A DNA stretch of 64,000 nt from Octopus vulgaris (taxonomy: Eukaryota), in NCBI GenBank assembly GCA_951406725.2, contig OX597815.1, positions 137,764,001 through 137,828,000 of the forward strand. The letters are read 5' to 3'. Shown piece by piece: positions 11,731-26,300 of this stretch. Positions within the stretch are counted from its first letter, which is position 1; each line of letters starts with the position of its first letter. The translations under genes and the position numbers were made by a program. The notes beneath the pieces are model-generated. The model saw nothing but the letters and a program-made list of their open reading frames with translations. It did no database searches and had not been told where the DNA came from.

Positions 11731-14700
11731 GTAAGACCATTAGAACTCTTAGTCTTGACTTCTTTTTCAGCCCTGGAAGTTATTTTGAACTGAATCACCA
11801 TTGCACAACTCAAATCAGACCCTGTCATTTTAAAAAAGGAAGGACACATTGGATAATGTAGTCTGAGATACACTATGTCTCATTAAAAGTGGTGATGGTC
11901 ATGCCAGAAACATCTTTGATCATGGATTTACTAAAAATACTTCAGCTCTAAGCAACTACATATCTTCAACAAAGTTAAGAAATACAGTCAGTCAAACACA
12001 TAGCTATACATACAAGTGGGTGCTGAAAAGTTCCTGGCTTTGGGTAAAAGGAAATACAGGAGGATCGTATTTTTATGCTGTATGACAGCCACGAAAATAT
12101 CTGAATAACTAAGAACATAACATAGAACTAAACAACCCTAAAATAAAATACATTACAAGAACTATACTTGAAAGTAAGCTTATTAAGTATCCATCTACTA
12201 CAATACACTAAGAAGCCTGCCAAAACAGTAACATAAACTTTGACCTAATGAGACAGAATCTTGACTTTGGCCAGCACCTGGTGTGAAACCGTGGTCAACC
12301 ACACAAGTTTCCAAAAAGAGATCAGATTTCAGATTCAAAACAATCTCCCCTCACTTCCCTTTGAACCCTAATCAATAAACAACTAACTGAATTGAGTTTG
12401 CTTCGAGCCAAGCTGGTTGAAAAACCCTGAATGAAGCTGCATATGCATATGCAACTGCCCATATTCCATGTAGTGGAAACACATGTAGGTCATCATAACC
12501 ATAAAAATATGTTGTATGACATTGTGAAATGAAATAAATTGTAAGGATATACCAGTCTCCATATTCTCTATCATCGTAATTATTGCTAGTATACACTCCA
12601 GATGATTATTACTATCCAGTGAAGTGAACGTGTTATTAGCCTTCAGAGAAATTTACTGTGTGAGTGACAACTAGCTGTAATAAACGTTAAATAGTAATCG
12701 ATGCGGTTAGCCATAACCTGGAACATAACTGAGAGTTACTACAGTATCTGGCCTGATAATATATCCCTTTAAACTCATATTAATATATACATACATAAAC
12801 AATAGGCTTCTTTCAGTTTCCATTTACTAAATCCACTCAAAAGGTTTTGGTCAGCCTTGCCCAAGATGTCATACAGTGGGACTGAACCCAGAACAATATG
12901 GCTGGATAGTAAACTTCTTACCACATAGCCACGCCTGTGTCTATTTATTCATATATAATATACAATCTTTTATATTTTTAAACCTAAGATTTGAGGGTGC
13001 ACATGATAAATGAAAACTAAAAGTTACTCATTTTTCCTGGTCCCAAGTGCATGGCCATAAATATAACAGCATGACTAGAAGTAAACTATATGTTTGTCCA
13101 AGCAACAAAATCACTACAATAATGTTCTGATGTTTTAATCCTTTAATATATACAATTTATATAAAAATATTTCCGTTTATTTCAACATTTTTAACATTAT
13201 ATTACATTACATATATATATATATATATAAAGATAGATAAATATATTATTAAACGTCATACCCGGAAAATCTTTGTGCTAGTTCTTGTTATAGCAGGTTA
13301 TTGAAACACACATTTAGCAAGTAATATGTACTTGTAACTTCATATGTACATAAATCATGGTTGTAGTGTGTATTGTTGATGATAACAGTAGTACAAAATA
13401 CATTCAAATACTAGCAAAAATCTTTGGCATTTTGTAAGTCAGAATGTATTCCATATGGATGACATGGAATGTTAAAAAGCAGTGAAGAGAGGTATGAGAT
13501 TCCTAAGAATGTATGGGGTAGAGGCAAGGGTGAAAAAAACCTGCTGTAGTTTATCACAACCGTGAGTTACATCACTTCATAAAATGAGGGTTGGAAACAC
13601 TTTCATCATAGGCTGCATTGGGACAGTGAACTAAGTGTTGAGCCATATGCAGGAAACTTAACTAACAGTTTCTTGTATTAGATGTGGTCAGAGGCAAAAA
13701 TTACAAGAAGAAAGCAGAATGATGTAGCTCTGTAGAAACTATTCTGGTTGTAGTCTGGTATAGGCATGGGGTAGGTGATTCACTAGGACTACCTGTATCG
13801 TCTTTGATATATTTGAAATAAGCATTTGACCAGAAGTTGGCAGAGTCTCTGATGTTACTTTTCTTGAGGAAAGGTACATTTGCTATTATGTATTTTCAAA
13901 ATTTGTTATAGATAGTTGTAAAAAGAACAAAGAATAAGGTTATAGTGCTCTGAGCTTGAAGATGATTGCTGGAACTCTGTCGAGCTAATCACCTAGGAAT
14001 AAAGAAGTTTCTACTCTTGACAACTAACAGTAAGCATGTGTTAGTGAAGTAATTAAGCCCCAGATAAACTATGCTCTGATAGTTCCCTGTTGATATAGAT
14101 TAACATCTTAAATTTAAACTAAATTATTCTTTATTACAGTCTGTAGAAAATGTTATTGGCTCCAATGCTTACCAACACAATAAAATCAATCAGTGGACAT
14201 CAAATGTTGTTGAACAGTGCCTGAGTCAACTCACAAAATTAAACAAACCTTTTAAATATATCGGTAAGTGTGAATTATTTTCCCCTATAGTCTTATTACT
14301 TGTTATAGTAATTTCTTTGAGTACTCTCTATCATTTTAATAATGAATCAATATTTTACAAAATTGGAATATTGTTTTCAGTTACCTGTGTAATAATGCAG
14401 AAGAATGGTGCTGGACTTCATACAGCAAGCTCATGTTTCTGGGATAACACCACAGATGGTATGTGTAGAGAATTTTAATTCTTAATATCCTAAAACCACC
14501 TTTACTTTGAATCTAATATTTATTTTAATATACTTTAAACATTGACTTTACGTAATGGGAGTAACTATTTTATTTTCCTAGTCATTGCACACCATTGCCG
14601 TTTTTTGTATAATCTGGTGTGAATATCAAAATAACACAAGATGGTGAGCTAGCAGAATCAATGGCATGTCAGACAAAATGCTGCTAAGCATTTGTCCGTC

Positions 14701-16452
14701 TATGTTCTGAGTTCAAATTCCACTGAGGTTGACTTTGCCTTTCATACTTTCAGGATCAATAAAATAAGTGTCAGTTGAACACTGGAGTCAGTGTTAATTG
14801 TCTTCCCTGCCTATCAAAATTGCTGGCTTTGTACCAAAGTAAGAAAAGAATATTAAAATAACTCCAGGTTATGTTGTAGTTTTGTTTCTATGAGGAAGAA
14901 TGAGAGTGTTCATAGCTTTTTTGTAATTCATAAACTCTACAACTAAGACAACTGTGTAGGGGAAGTGAGTTGAATTGGAATTTTAATATTTATATGGTTG
15001 GTGGAAGCAAAATGGATACCAAGTGACTCTCAGAGGGTACTGTCAGTTCTGGGGAATTAAGCTTTGATGAGGTTGATGAGAAGAAGCTTGTATGCAACTT
15101 ATCAATTTTAAATATGTCAACATTAAAAAAATGTTATTGTTATAAATCTTACTGGAGGAGAGCAATAAAATGTTTGACATCATGATGTTAATATCTGTTA
15201 TTTTCCATGTGTTGGATATGCCATACTGTATATCATCATTCACCTGTATCTTTCATCACATCATTTGTGAGGAAGGCCAACATTTAGTTTTCTACTGAAG
15301 CTGTCCTGGAGCTTTCATTTCTTCATTTACTGATGGTTTCCTACATTCTCATATTATAGGTAACATAACATTTATCATTAATCTAGTTTAAGGGTTATAT
15401 CCTTACTTAGGTGTCTTTTTTTCTTTTTTTACAAAATAGTTGTTATAGCTATGTGTTATTGTTGTTAATAACACCCTAGTAATCCTAAGTTCTTTTATTG
15501 ATTACTAAATTTGTTGATGAAACTGCAGGTTCATAATTCTTTTTTATTATTAAGTGATAGTCAAACAGTGTTGCTTGATATATATAGGAATTTGATTTGA
15601 GTCAATAATGAGCACAAAAAGATATAGTAGGATTTCAAAGAACCAGGATGTCAGATCTGATAGACTATAGTGCATTTATCCTCACTGATGGTGAAGAGAA
15701 AGAAACTTGGAAATGCTATTTGAAAGGCTGCTTAATATAGAGAACACAGGATATGAAGGCCCTAAAAGCAGCTAGTCTGTCTGTGATAGTCACAGTGAAG
15801 TTGAAAATCTGGTAATGTAGAGATAGTGCTAGTCAAATGGTAAAGAGGTATCTTATCCAATGACGAGCATAGGTCTACCATCAACTACCATTACAAAAAA
15901 CTACAGAAGCATCAAATTGATGGACCCAGTTACAAAGGTAATAGAATCATATAGCACAGCTGATTAGAAAGTGCATTAACTTAAACAAGATGCCGTTCTG
16001 GCTTGTGCCAGGTCAGTACAGCCAATATATTCTTCCTAGTGAGGCAATTACAAGAGAAGTCCTTAGCCAAGAGTAAGCTACTATACTTAACATTGTCTTA
16101 CTAGATAAGACCGTTCACTGAATATTATGTAATTTGGAGGCTGTTAAGAAGAGGTGTAGATGAATAGCTTGTGAGAGTTGGCAATGAATTCAACAAAGAA
16201 TTTAGTGTGTAAGTAGGAGTCCATTAAAGTTCAATTCTTAGCCCCCTCCTATTTATATTAGTTCTCTGCTCCATAAGAAGATTAACTTAAATGCAAGATA
16301 AGCTGGAAAAAACTTTAAACTTCTGATATACCTATACTATTTGCTATTTTAAATAAATTTGTTATTTTCTTTTTATTTCAGGGAGCTGTACTGTCAAGTG
16401 GGAGAACAAAACTATGTATGTGATTGTGTCTGTGTTTGGGTTAGCTATATAA
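11689..16452 (+). CDS. DYNLT1: Dynein light chain Tctex-type 1, spliced (exons 11689-11730, 14140-14263, 14381-14458, 16382-16452; exon 1 not located)
   Basis: Spliced product [104 protein letters not shown] is a typical Tctex-1 sequence; GT-AG introns, consistent phases. Confidence 0.96.
14140..14263 (+). CDS. DYNLT1: DYNLT1 exon 3 (124 bp)
   Basis: ttacag|[15 protein letters not shown]...KPFKYI|gtaagt. Confidence 0.95.
14381..14458 (+). CDS. DYNLT1: DYNLT1 exon 4 (78 bp)
   Basis: tttcag|[25 protein letters not shown]|gtatgt. Confidence 0.95.
14640..14850 (+). mobile_element. tRNA-derived SINE
   Basis: GGTGAGCTAGCAGAA head, GAGTTCAAATTCC B box, same core as 62780-63017. Confidence 0.75.
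16382..16452 (+). CDS. DYNLT1: DYNLT1 last coding exon (71 bp)
   Basis: tttcag|[23 protein letters not shown]. Confidence 0.95.
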
Positions 16453-16720
16453 ATTGTGAAAATGAAACACTTGGCATTAAAACCTTTACATAGAAAATTA
16501 AGTTTATGCAATTTTACTTATTTATATTATGTCAAATATTTATTTTCTCTATATTATCCTTTGTAAAGTTAATAGTTTGCATTTTATCTTTAATTGCTTT
16601 ATCTAGATAGAGATATCTAAAATACAAACTAAACCAATGAGTTTTAGTTATTTAATATCATTAAAGGAATATATAAGTTAAAGATACAGGTGCCAATCAA
16701 ATGTTCTGAATAGTGTGAAA

Positions 16721-17301
16721 TTAGTAATTCTTCAAAGAATTTACATTTTTCACCAACCTTGTATCTACAATAGTGGGTTTAGGTTGTTTAGGCAACAAAT
16801 CTTGCTGAACCGATATTTCACTTACTGAATCATTCTGAAATGTAACTGCAGGATAATTTACAGGCATTTCTAGTGGCACACTTGATGTATTTTGGTTTGG
16901 TGTATTATACTGAGGTGGAGCAGTAAATACTGGAGAAAATGGCTGAGTAGAATTCAAAATTGGTTGTTGCTCCTGGTGAGTAGAATTAGGAAGAGAACTG
17001 CTTTCTGATGAAATCAGTGGTGAATTATCTACAAAATTTAGTTTCCTTGTCTCTCCTGGAAGTGGAATATTTGCTGTATCTATCGGATTTAACTGCATAC
17101 AATTGTCATCCATTTTAACTGTTTGCTTTTTGCTCATTTTACTTTTCTTTCTTTCTTGGGGTACATAGCAATCCTTGTATTGTCTCTTTGGCAAATTCAT
17201 TTCTTTAGAAACATTATTATTGTAACAATCTGGTGGAGCAAATTGATAATTTCTTTCATCCCGCCTTTGCTTAAAATATTCTTTTTCTCTTTCAAAAAAT
17301 T
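16721..17301 (-). CDS. CCDC174: CCDC174 exon 11 (terminal, 581 bp)
   Basis: ccatcag|FFEREKEYFKQRRDERNYQFAPP...NSLKNY*; lies in ORF 16721-17359. Confidence 0.9.
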
Positions 17302-20300
17302 CTGATGGAAAAGAAAAGAAAATGATACAAACTTTAAATTCATGGTTTGTAAAAATCACTTCGCTTCATTATATTTTGTTAAATATATGTAATCAATTAG
17401 TTGTACTTATTGGTAGATTTTCTATAAATCTTTTATTAAGTTTGTGATTAAACTTACTTTCTCAAAGGAGTGTTTGAAAGAATGCAAATGTGACTGTTAT
17501 ACTGAAACAACAGAAGGTAACTATTCTTAAAAATACAGATTCTCAGTTAAGACATAAAAGAATGTTGTTTAGCTCTTCAACTAACAAATTGAGTGAATAA
17601 ACTAAAAATTCCTTACTGTCTTTTCCAATGTCCCACTCTCTCATTGGAAATGAATTTCTTGGAAGGGGTTCAATTCTCTTTACAGGTTCCTCTTTCTGCT
17701 TTTCAGATTCATTTTCTTGTTTTAAATTTTCATCTAAAACTGAAGATAAATTATATTAAAACAAAACTATAAAAGTATATCTGATTTGTTTCATTTTCTT
17801 TTTTTTTAATTCTTTAGATTTAATTTCTTTTCATTCTTTATTTCATAAATTATAATAAATTTCAAAATATTTTCATGAGTGTATCCATTTAAATATTTCC
17901 ATATGAATATTTTGGGTACCCACTGGTCAATGAAGGAGACTACATAGTCACTCAACCTGTTAAATATATCAGCAGAATCTCCCTCAACTCACACCTTGCC
18001 ATTGTAAATAAAAAAGATACTTTGGATAGATAATGTAGTTATATATTCATTACATGAAGTTAAACACTATTAATTCATCATTCAGCTGTCCTCTCAGGGT
18101 AATTTTCTTTGGTCATTGTTGTTTTAAGTTATAATGCAACTCAATGTTTATTCATGAGAAATCTGTACATGTGTCTCATTCTAAGATATGGAAATTAGCC
18201 TAAACTTTGCTGATGAGGCCTATTGATACATAAACATATCCAGAGTTGTCACTTAGAGTTAAAGATCAAACTCACATTTAACTATATTCACTACTTAATT
18301 TAAATTCTAGATTGTCTTTCCTGCCTTTCTTGATCAAAATTAGTAACTGAGATAACGATTCATTATATCACGTTAGTGTTCACTTTATCAGAGATACAGT
18401 GGCTGAATGAATAAAAAATTGAATAGTCATGGCTAGAATATTTGTGATTAAATAAATCTGCTAGATCAGAACAAAACAACAGTTATGACTAAGTTCAATA
18501 TGATTAACTTTCAATTATACTTTTTCTCTGAAGAGAAAGGCCAGTCTTTATGAATATGAAATCACCAGGAAAAATCCACAGAGCTGGTGAAGCCAAGTAG
18601 TTATAGCAACTGTGAAAGTTCTAGTCACATATTGTTCGATATTGCAGCTAAATTTCTCTCAAGAAACTCATGTTTTATTATAGTAAAAATAAGGTATATG
18701 CAATTTAGAAAGCTGCAACTATGTCACAGGTTGGTTTAAATATCTCAACCTTGTCACAGGTCAGCTCAAATATCTCCTACACACTCTGCAATACCACAAG
18801 TTGGCTTGGACATTCCCCTGTCTCTGCCATGGTATAGACCAATTCAAATATCATCCCTGCTCTCCTCTTTTTCTCTGTCATGCTACAGGTCTGTTTTCCA
18901 TTGTAAATGATAATGATTCAGCAAAGACTGAGTTAAAATGTTGGAAGAAAACGACTAGCAAAGATATGCTCTTGATTTAACATTTTAAATGTATTCTATT
19001 TCTGTTAATATTCTTTTGCAAGAAAGAAGTGTCAATATATTTTGGAACCAGTTGCCATTAGTCTTTTGGTTTTTTGTCCCCATCACCTACCATGACAATA
19101 TAGGCCCAGCTGCTATCAGGGAAAGTACTTTTGTAGCAACACCAGAAGGATTAGGAATGAAACCAGAGCATCAGGTTTTGAACTCAAAATACAAGAGGCA
19201 TAATACTGCAAATCATTTGGCATGAGTACTGTTCCTGTTACTCCCAAAAATAACCAATTGCAATTAAGATGATTTTCATAATTTGAAATTTAACTTGTAA
19301 AAATTCATACCGGTTGTTGGCTCCTCTACTTCAGGTGGTAAGCCAAGTTTAGCTCTTTGACGATCTTTGACTTTTTTCAGACGGGCTGCCATCATAGCAT
19401 CGCGCTTTTCTTTTAATAATTCCCGTTTGGTTCTTTCGTCTTTTGTCTAGTGTAAACAAGGTTACAAGTGATTAAGTAGTATTTAGATATAGTGCCAAGA
19501 ATATACCAGAAGCAAAACTGAAAGCCATCTTTGGTAATGGAGCAGTGCTAACAAATAATTTCTAACTTTAACAGTGGTGATAAATTTAAAGGAAAAAGTA
19601 TAATTCTGATGTCCTCAATTTAAGAGAGGTTCTTGCTTCACTGAACCTTCTGGGATGAAAGGCAAAGATGAGTTTTTCAGGATTTAAATTAAGAACCTGA
19701 AAGGATGAGATTAAATACTGCAAGACATTATAGGCTCTAAATAGTTCTACCAACTACCTGCCTTGACTCTAATGATAATAATAACCAAAATAATAATCAC
19801 TTTTAGGTTTATCTCTACAGATTTTCTCTGGAATTTTAGAGCCAACACTGAAAGTTACGACTTTTTGTAAATGAATATGTCTTTATAAACAATGCGATTG
19901 TTTATATAGGTAATGGGTGTATGTGTCCTTCAGCACCACATCCAACCCATTATCTATGAACACATTGCTTAAACACCCACTAAGTTTAGTGGTGTAACAT
20001 TATTGGATTGACCAATTTGCATATGAAACACATTCCTGGTGTGCATATTAATTTCTGGTATGGCTGCAAAACGAAACACAGTGTCCCTAACAGCAAAATA
20101 ATGAGGTTTTTTTTTTAGTTGTTTTTGAATTTGTATTAACCTCTAAGGATTCACAAAAACATGTACAGAACAATATAATGTGGGATTACATGAAAGAACA
20201 TGTAAAAAGAATAACCATAAGAAAAAACAAACAAATAATTCTGCAAATGAGTATATAGACAACTAGGCTCATAAATATAAGCATGAATTGACAACTAAAG

Positions 20301-23300
20301 GTATTATCTTTAACAAAAGCATCATTAGATGCATTTATAATAGAAGTATTTTTTTATAGCAAGATGCATTTCTTGTTACTAATATTTATCGCCTCTTGAA
20401 GTGAAGGATCTGTTTTTCCACACATCTTTGAAGGTGTAAAAGCCAGAAAATGATTTGTTGACAGAAGAAATAACAATGTCACTACTTATATCTCAATGAT
20501 TTTCAGATGAACATAAATATAAGCAAAAATACATATTCATATACATGCACACACATAAACAATAAGCTTCTTTCAGTTTTTAGCCTAACAAAACCACTCA
20601 CAAGGCTTTAATCAGGTTAGGGCTATAGTAGAAGACACTTGCCCAAGATGCTGTGCAATGAGACTGAATCTGAAATCATGCAGCTGGAAAATAAACTTCT
20701 TAACCACGCTGCCATGCCTTTAAATGTCTTTAAAAAAATACATTCGAAGCTTGCTTCCCAACTACATGGTTCCAGGTTCAGTCCCACTGCATGGCACCTA
20801 TACAACCAATGTTGGTGTGTTTACTTCCCCATAACTCAGCGGTTCAGCAAAAGAAACCGATAGAATAAGTCCTGGGGTTGAATTGTTCAACTAAAGGTGG
20901 TACTCTAGAATGGCCTCAGCCAAATGACTGAAACAAGTAAAAGAATAAAAGAATGTAAAAACACCCAGCACACTGTTAAGTGGTTGGCATTAGGAAGGGC
21001 ATCCAACTGTAGAAACTATGCCAAATCAGACGGGAGTCTGGTACAGCTTGCCAGCTCTGGCCAAACCATCCAACCCATGCCAGCATGGACAACAGACATT
21101 AAATGATGATGACGATTAACTCCACTTCTTGATAACTTCAAACAGGTTAGAAGGAAAAGCAGTCTGCTTGATATAGGATCTAGTAAGGATAACTTAAGTA
21201 TAATGAATAGATGCGGAAAGATAAAATTCATTTTATATCTTGGTAGACACATGAGTTCACATTACCTGATAATTGAAATACTTCTCACCAATCAATGTAC
21301 TATATATTAACACACATATTTAATCAGTGGTATCTCTTTTCACATACATTGCTGCCCACACATACTGTGTGGTATCATCATCATTTAACGTCTACTTTTC
21401 CATGCTTGCATAGATCAAACAGAATTTGTTGAAGCAGATTTTCTAGTTGGATGCTCTTTCTGTCATCAACCTTCATTTATTTCCAAACAAAATAATATTT
21501 TCCTGTAGCTAGACATGTTTTTCACGGAAGACAGGAAACAAATAACCTTGCTTGTTTAACAATGCTCTTTTACAGCCACCACAGGGGTATACACATATAC
21601 ATGCAGGCATGTATATATATATATATATATATAATAGGCTTCTTTCAGTTTCCATTCAGAAGGCTTTGGTTGGCCTGGGTTTTTTTATAGTAGAAGACAC
21701 TTGCCTAAGTGAGACAGAATTCAGAACCACATGGTTGGGAAGCAAGCTACTTAAGCACACACCATGCTTGTAAAACATTCTGGGCTCAAAGAGCAGCCCT
21801 TTTTACATACACTACTACCCTCAGAACACAGTTACTTCTACGCACTGTTGCCAACAAGATGCAAAATTAAGACCATCCTTTTCATACCAATTCACTACCA
21901 AGGAGAGAGAGGGGTAAGTGTGTTCAGGTGAAAAAATTACAAAGACAGAGAGTTCAGATGAATATAAAGGATAAAATTAAGGGAAAGTGACTGGTGGATA
22001 GTAATATATTTACCTGGTCTCGCAATGTATTAAGTAAATTCATTTGTTCTTTTCTCTCCACTTCTTCTTTAGAGAAACGGAAATAACCAACACCATGAGT
22101 TCGAACCTCTGACAAGAAAAAGTCACCAAAATAATTTTTAGTTAAAGAAAATTAAAATATTTGACATTTTAAAGTAAAACCAACATTTAAAGAAAAGTCA
22201 AGTTTTGCATTATTTAGGATTTGGTATAGAATCAGGAATAACTAGTACTGTTACTACATCATCATCATCATCATCAGTATCATTGTCATCATTTTTATAT
22301 TCACTTTTTCAAGCTGCATAGATTAGATGAGACTTTGAATTAGCCAAATCAGACTGGAATCTGGTGCAGCTTGCCAGTTCTGGTCAAACCATCCAACCCA
22401 TGCCAGCATGGGAAATGGACATTAAAGGATGATGATGATGATACTCTTCTTGACACCAACTTTTTTTAGCAGCCTCTTACGACATACAAGGATACGGTAT
22501 TTCTCTTCTCAATACCAGGATGTATACAGTATACACTTAAAAATTCTTATCTTAGTAGCTGTTAAATGACTAGAAATAGATACTTCATCAAAGAGTAAAG
22601 TAAAATAAATAATAAATCACTAATACAGAAAAAAAATAGACAAGGAAGTGGAAACTACATTTAGAAGTTAGATATAAAGACAAAAGACTTACATGGCTTT
22701 ACTAAATAGCAAAGAGTGTAAAAAGAGAGATATGAGACAAGCAAGGACCTTTTTTTTGTATTCAGAATATAGTGCACACAACCACAAGCATTGATTATGA
22801 AGATGAGGTCCTTATAACATCACATATTTCAGCTGCATTTACTCACACAAATACCCAACTTCTTATATACTATCAAGAACAGGAATGTGAGCACAGAGCA
22901 TAAAAGCACTTCCCATATATGCAAAGTGCTGAGTAAAAAATTATGCCACCCAAATCAACTGGAGATGTTGCTTTGGAGGTAGAAAAATGCACTTGATGTA
23001 AAGAAAATGAATGCATAGCGTAAGCAACAAAATTCAATTGCAATATGTTGAATTAATTTTATTGTGAGAATAAGTATTCTATATCAAAAAGGCTGCATCA
23101 TGAAGGGCATCCAAATTCCATCCAACCTATGCCAGCATGTAAAACCAGAAATAAAATGAATGATGATGATGATGCTATGTACAATGCCAAGATGTATTAG
23201 TTTACCGAGTTACAATTGAAGAATGACTACAGCTACAAGTATGACTATATGGTTAATAGTTCACTTTACAATCATGTAGTTTTTAGGTTCAATCCCACCC

Positions 23301-26300
23301 TGCGCAAGTGGCTTCTACATTATCTTCAGATAGAACCAAGCCAGATGGAAACTGTATGGAAGCTTGTTGAATGAATGAACTTTTATCTATAAAAAGAACT
23401 ACAAGCACTTTCACTCTGATCCAAGGCTATACAGTAGAAGACACTTGCCCAAGGTGCCATGCAGTGGGACTGAACCCAAAACTATGTGGTTGGGAAGTGG
23501 CCTTCTTAGCCACACCTGTACTTATATGTTTGTTTTTAGGTGGTACACTTAATCTGGTCAGTTTAATTCACTAATCATTGGGTGTAGTCCACTCCGTTGC
23601 AAGCTTTCAATACTTCCTTACATTGCTTCCTACTAGAGTAATCTCTAAGTCAAAGTTTCTTTCTTTCTTTCCTTCACCAACCCTGGAGACCACCCTGCTT
23701 GTCCTTCTCTGACTAATCTACAAGGAGAGTTACACTATTTATAAAGAGTTACACGAAAAACAAAGAAATATATTTGTTACCATCGAATCTGACGTTTTCA
23801 TAATGAATTGGACCAATTGGTCCTTCAACAGCCTTTCTTTCTTCAGCATCCCATTTTTCATGTAGCATTTGTCGATACCTTTCTTGTGGCTCAAGTATTT
23901 CAGATTTATCTGATTCACTATTCGATTGACTTTGAATTTCTTCAGAATTTTTACTGTAACAACAATAAATCAACTGTTTTAAGTAAATTTGGGATAAAAA
24001 TATAAAAAAAAAAAAACGAGAAAAATGCATTAAAAATACAGGTTTAGACATGGCTGAGTTGTTAAGAAGTTTGCTTTCCAACTATGTGATTTCAGGTTTA
24101 GTTCCAATGTGTGGTACCTTGGGCAAGTGTTGTCTACTATAGACCCAGGTCCTGATCAAAGCCTTGAGTATACTTTGGTAAATAGAAATTGAAAGAAGCC
24201 AACAGTGTGTGCATTTATATTGCTTTGTCTTCACATTGCATGATAATGGTAAACTATTATTTCCAATCTTCCATGAAGACATATCTAGACATGAGTAAAT
24301 ATTAACTTGCTTAGAAACAAGTAAAGGTTTGTGAGAAGAGCATCTGACCTCTAAAAAGTTGTTTTAATGAATTCCATCTGACTTAAGCAGGCATGGAAAA
24401 CATCATCATCATCGTTGTCGTCGTCATCATTTAACATCCGTTGTCCATGCTGGCACGGGCCGGACAGTTTAACTGGGCTGCACCAGACTCTAGTCTGATT
24501 TGGCATAGTTTTCTACGGCTGGATGCCCTTCTTAATGCCAACCACTCTGAGAGTGTAATGGGGGGCGGCTTTTACGTGCCACCAGCACAGGTGCTATTTG
24601 CATGACACTGGGGTGCGTTTATGTGCCAGCAGCACCGGAGTGGAGGGGGGGGCATATAATCAGCTTAACCTCTTCCCCGAAATTGCTGTCCCTGTGCCAA
24701 AATTTGAAACCAATGTAATATCAATTTTTATTAACATTTGTAGACAGAGGAAAGTGTTATTATATCTTCAACTTTAATTTATCTAACTGAAAAAAAGAAC
24801 AAAAGTAATTTACTTGGTAGGAAGCAAGCCGAATTCTTTATCTCTTTCCTGCATAAACTTTAAATCTTTCTTCAAACAAGTCCGAGTTCTTCCCAAACTA
24901 TCTGTATACTCAATCCTATAATATACAATGGTAATATTTATTAATATGCAAATTCAATTCCATTTTACACCAGAAAAAAAGGCAAAAGAAACACATAGAA
25001 AGGAGAGATAGAAGATGGGTAGATGATGGGGTAAAAATATGCCTACATGAATGCATGGCTGATTTGTTAAAAAGATCATTTTGTAATCACAGTCCCAGAT
25101 TTGATCACTGAGCAATACCTTAAGCAAGGATAATGTAACACAGCCTCAGATTAATCCAAAGTATATGAAGGAAATTAAGTAGATGGACTTGATTCCATGT
25201 GTCCATAGAACACTCAGCCACCTATGGAGATGATAGACTTAACAACTAGAACAGTCATCAATCAGAATTGATAGATGAGTCCATTACTGTCTTCTTCCAC
25301 CAAGTTAAAAATTAGGTGTTACAAGTCTTACTTCAATAAATTTTGTACATATTTATATTTATAGAAAGGTACAGTTGTAGGCGTCATCACATTGCTAAGA
25401 AGTTTTCAATGCTAACATGAGATTTGAGGTTCATTCCTACAGCATGACACTATGGGCAGGTGTCTTCTAATATAGTCTTGAGTTGACCAATGCCTTGCAA
25501 GTGAAATTTGTAGCCATAAGTTATAGGCCAGGAGTGTGTGTATCTGTTTGTACCTTCTGATTGTCTTGATATCTTTTGCACGCTGCAAAACCAATGTCAC
25601 CATACATATGGTCTTATTGTTTACATCTGCCATAAAATTGTGTGTGGCCATTTAGCTGTTTGTTGTTTGAAAGATCAGGAGCAAATAGTACCTAGGTGAA
25701 AGTTGGTAACAGGAAAAACGTCTGACCGTTGAAAAATCGCTTCAGTAAATCTCAATTAACCCATGCTATCATGGAAAAGCTGGGCATTAAAACAATAATG
25801 ATGACAGTGGTGATGATAGAACCATCACACACAATAGCAGCAAAGAAAAACAAATGTAAAAACACTGTAAAACAAAATTTATAAATGAGGAATGTAAAAC
25901 AGGTGACAAATGTTTACCATTGTTCTTCAGGATCATCAGTTGAACTATCAAACTCTTGTTCTGTTTCCTCTGATGAAATCTTATGTTTTTCACTAGAGAT
26001 TTTATCAATGGCTTTCTTTTGAAAATCAACAAGGAAAATTTGGCTTCCATCTTCATCTAATATCAAACAAAATAATATAATTAATAACTAATTAAACCAT
26101 AAATATAAGTCATGTATTTAGTAAAGTTTAATGTAGTGATTCAGGAGATAAGCTTATGGAACTAATAATTACAAGTTAAAATTCTGGTTACTTTCATTAT
26201 TATTATGTTTTAGCTTTAAGGAGGGTACACTTCTCTATGAAATACAGAGTTACAGATGTAACTCCTCAACATTATAAAAAAAAAAACATCACCATCAATT

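Noticed and set aside
11650-14523. Similar 23-mers TTTACTTGAATCTAAATATTTAT (11650) and TTTACTTTGAATCTAATATTTAT (14501) near two DYNLT1 exons
   Set aside because: Very AT-rich and needs two indels; chance similarity cannot be excluded
18209-18250. CTGATGA hammerhead core (also near 32514)
   Set aside because: No paired stem II followed by GAAA; a 7-mer is expected by chance in 64 kb
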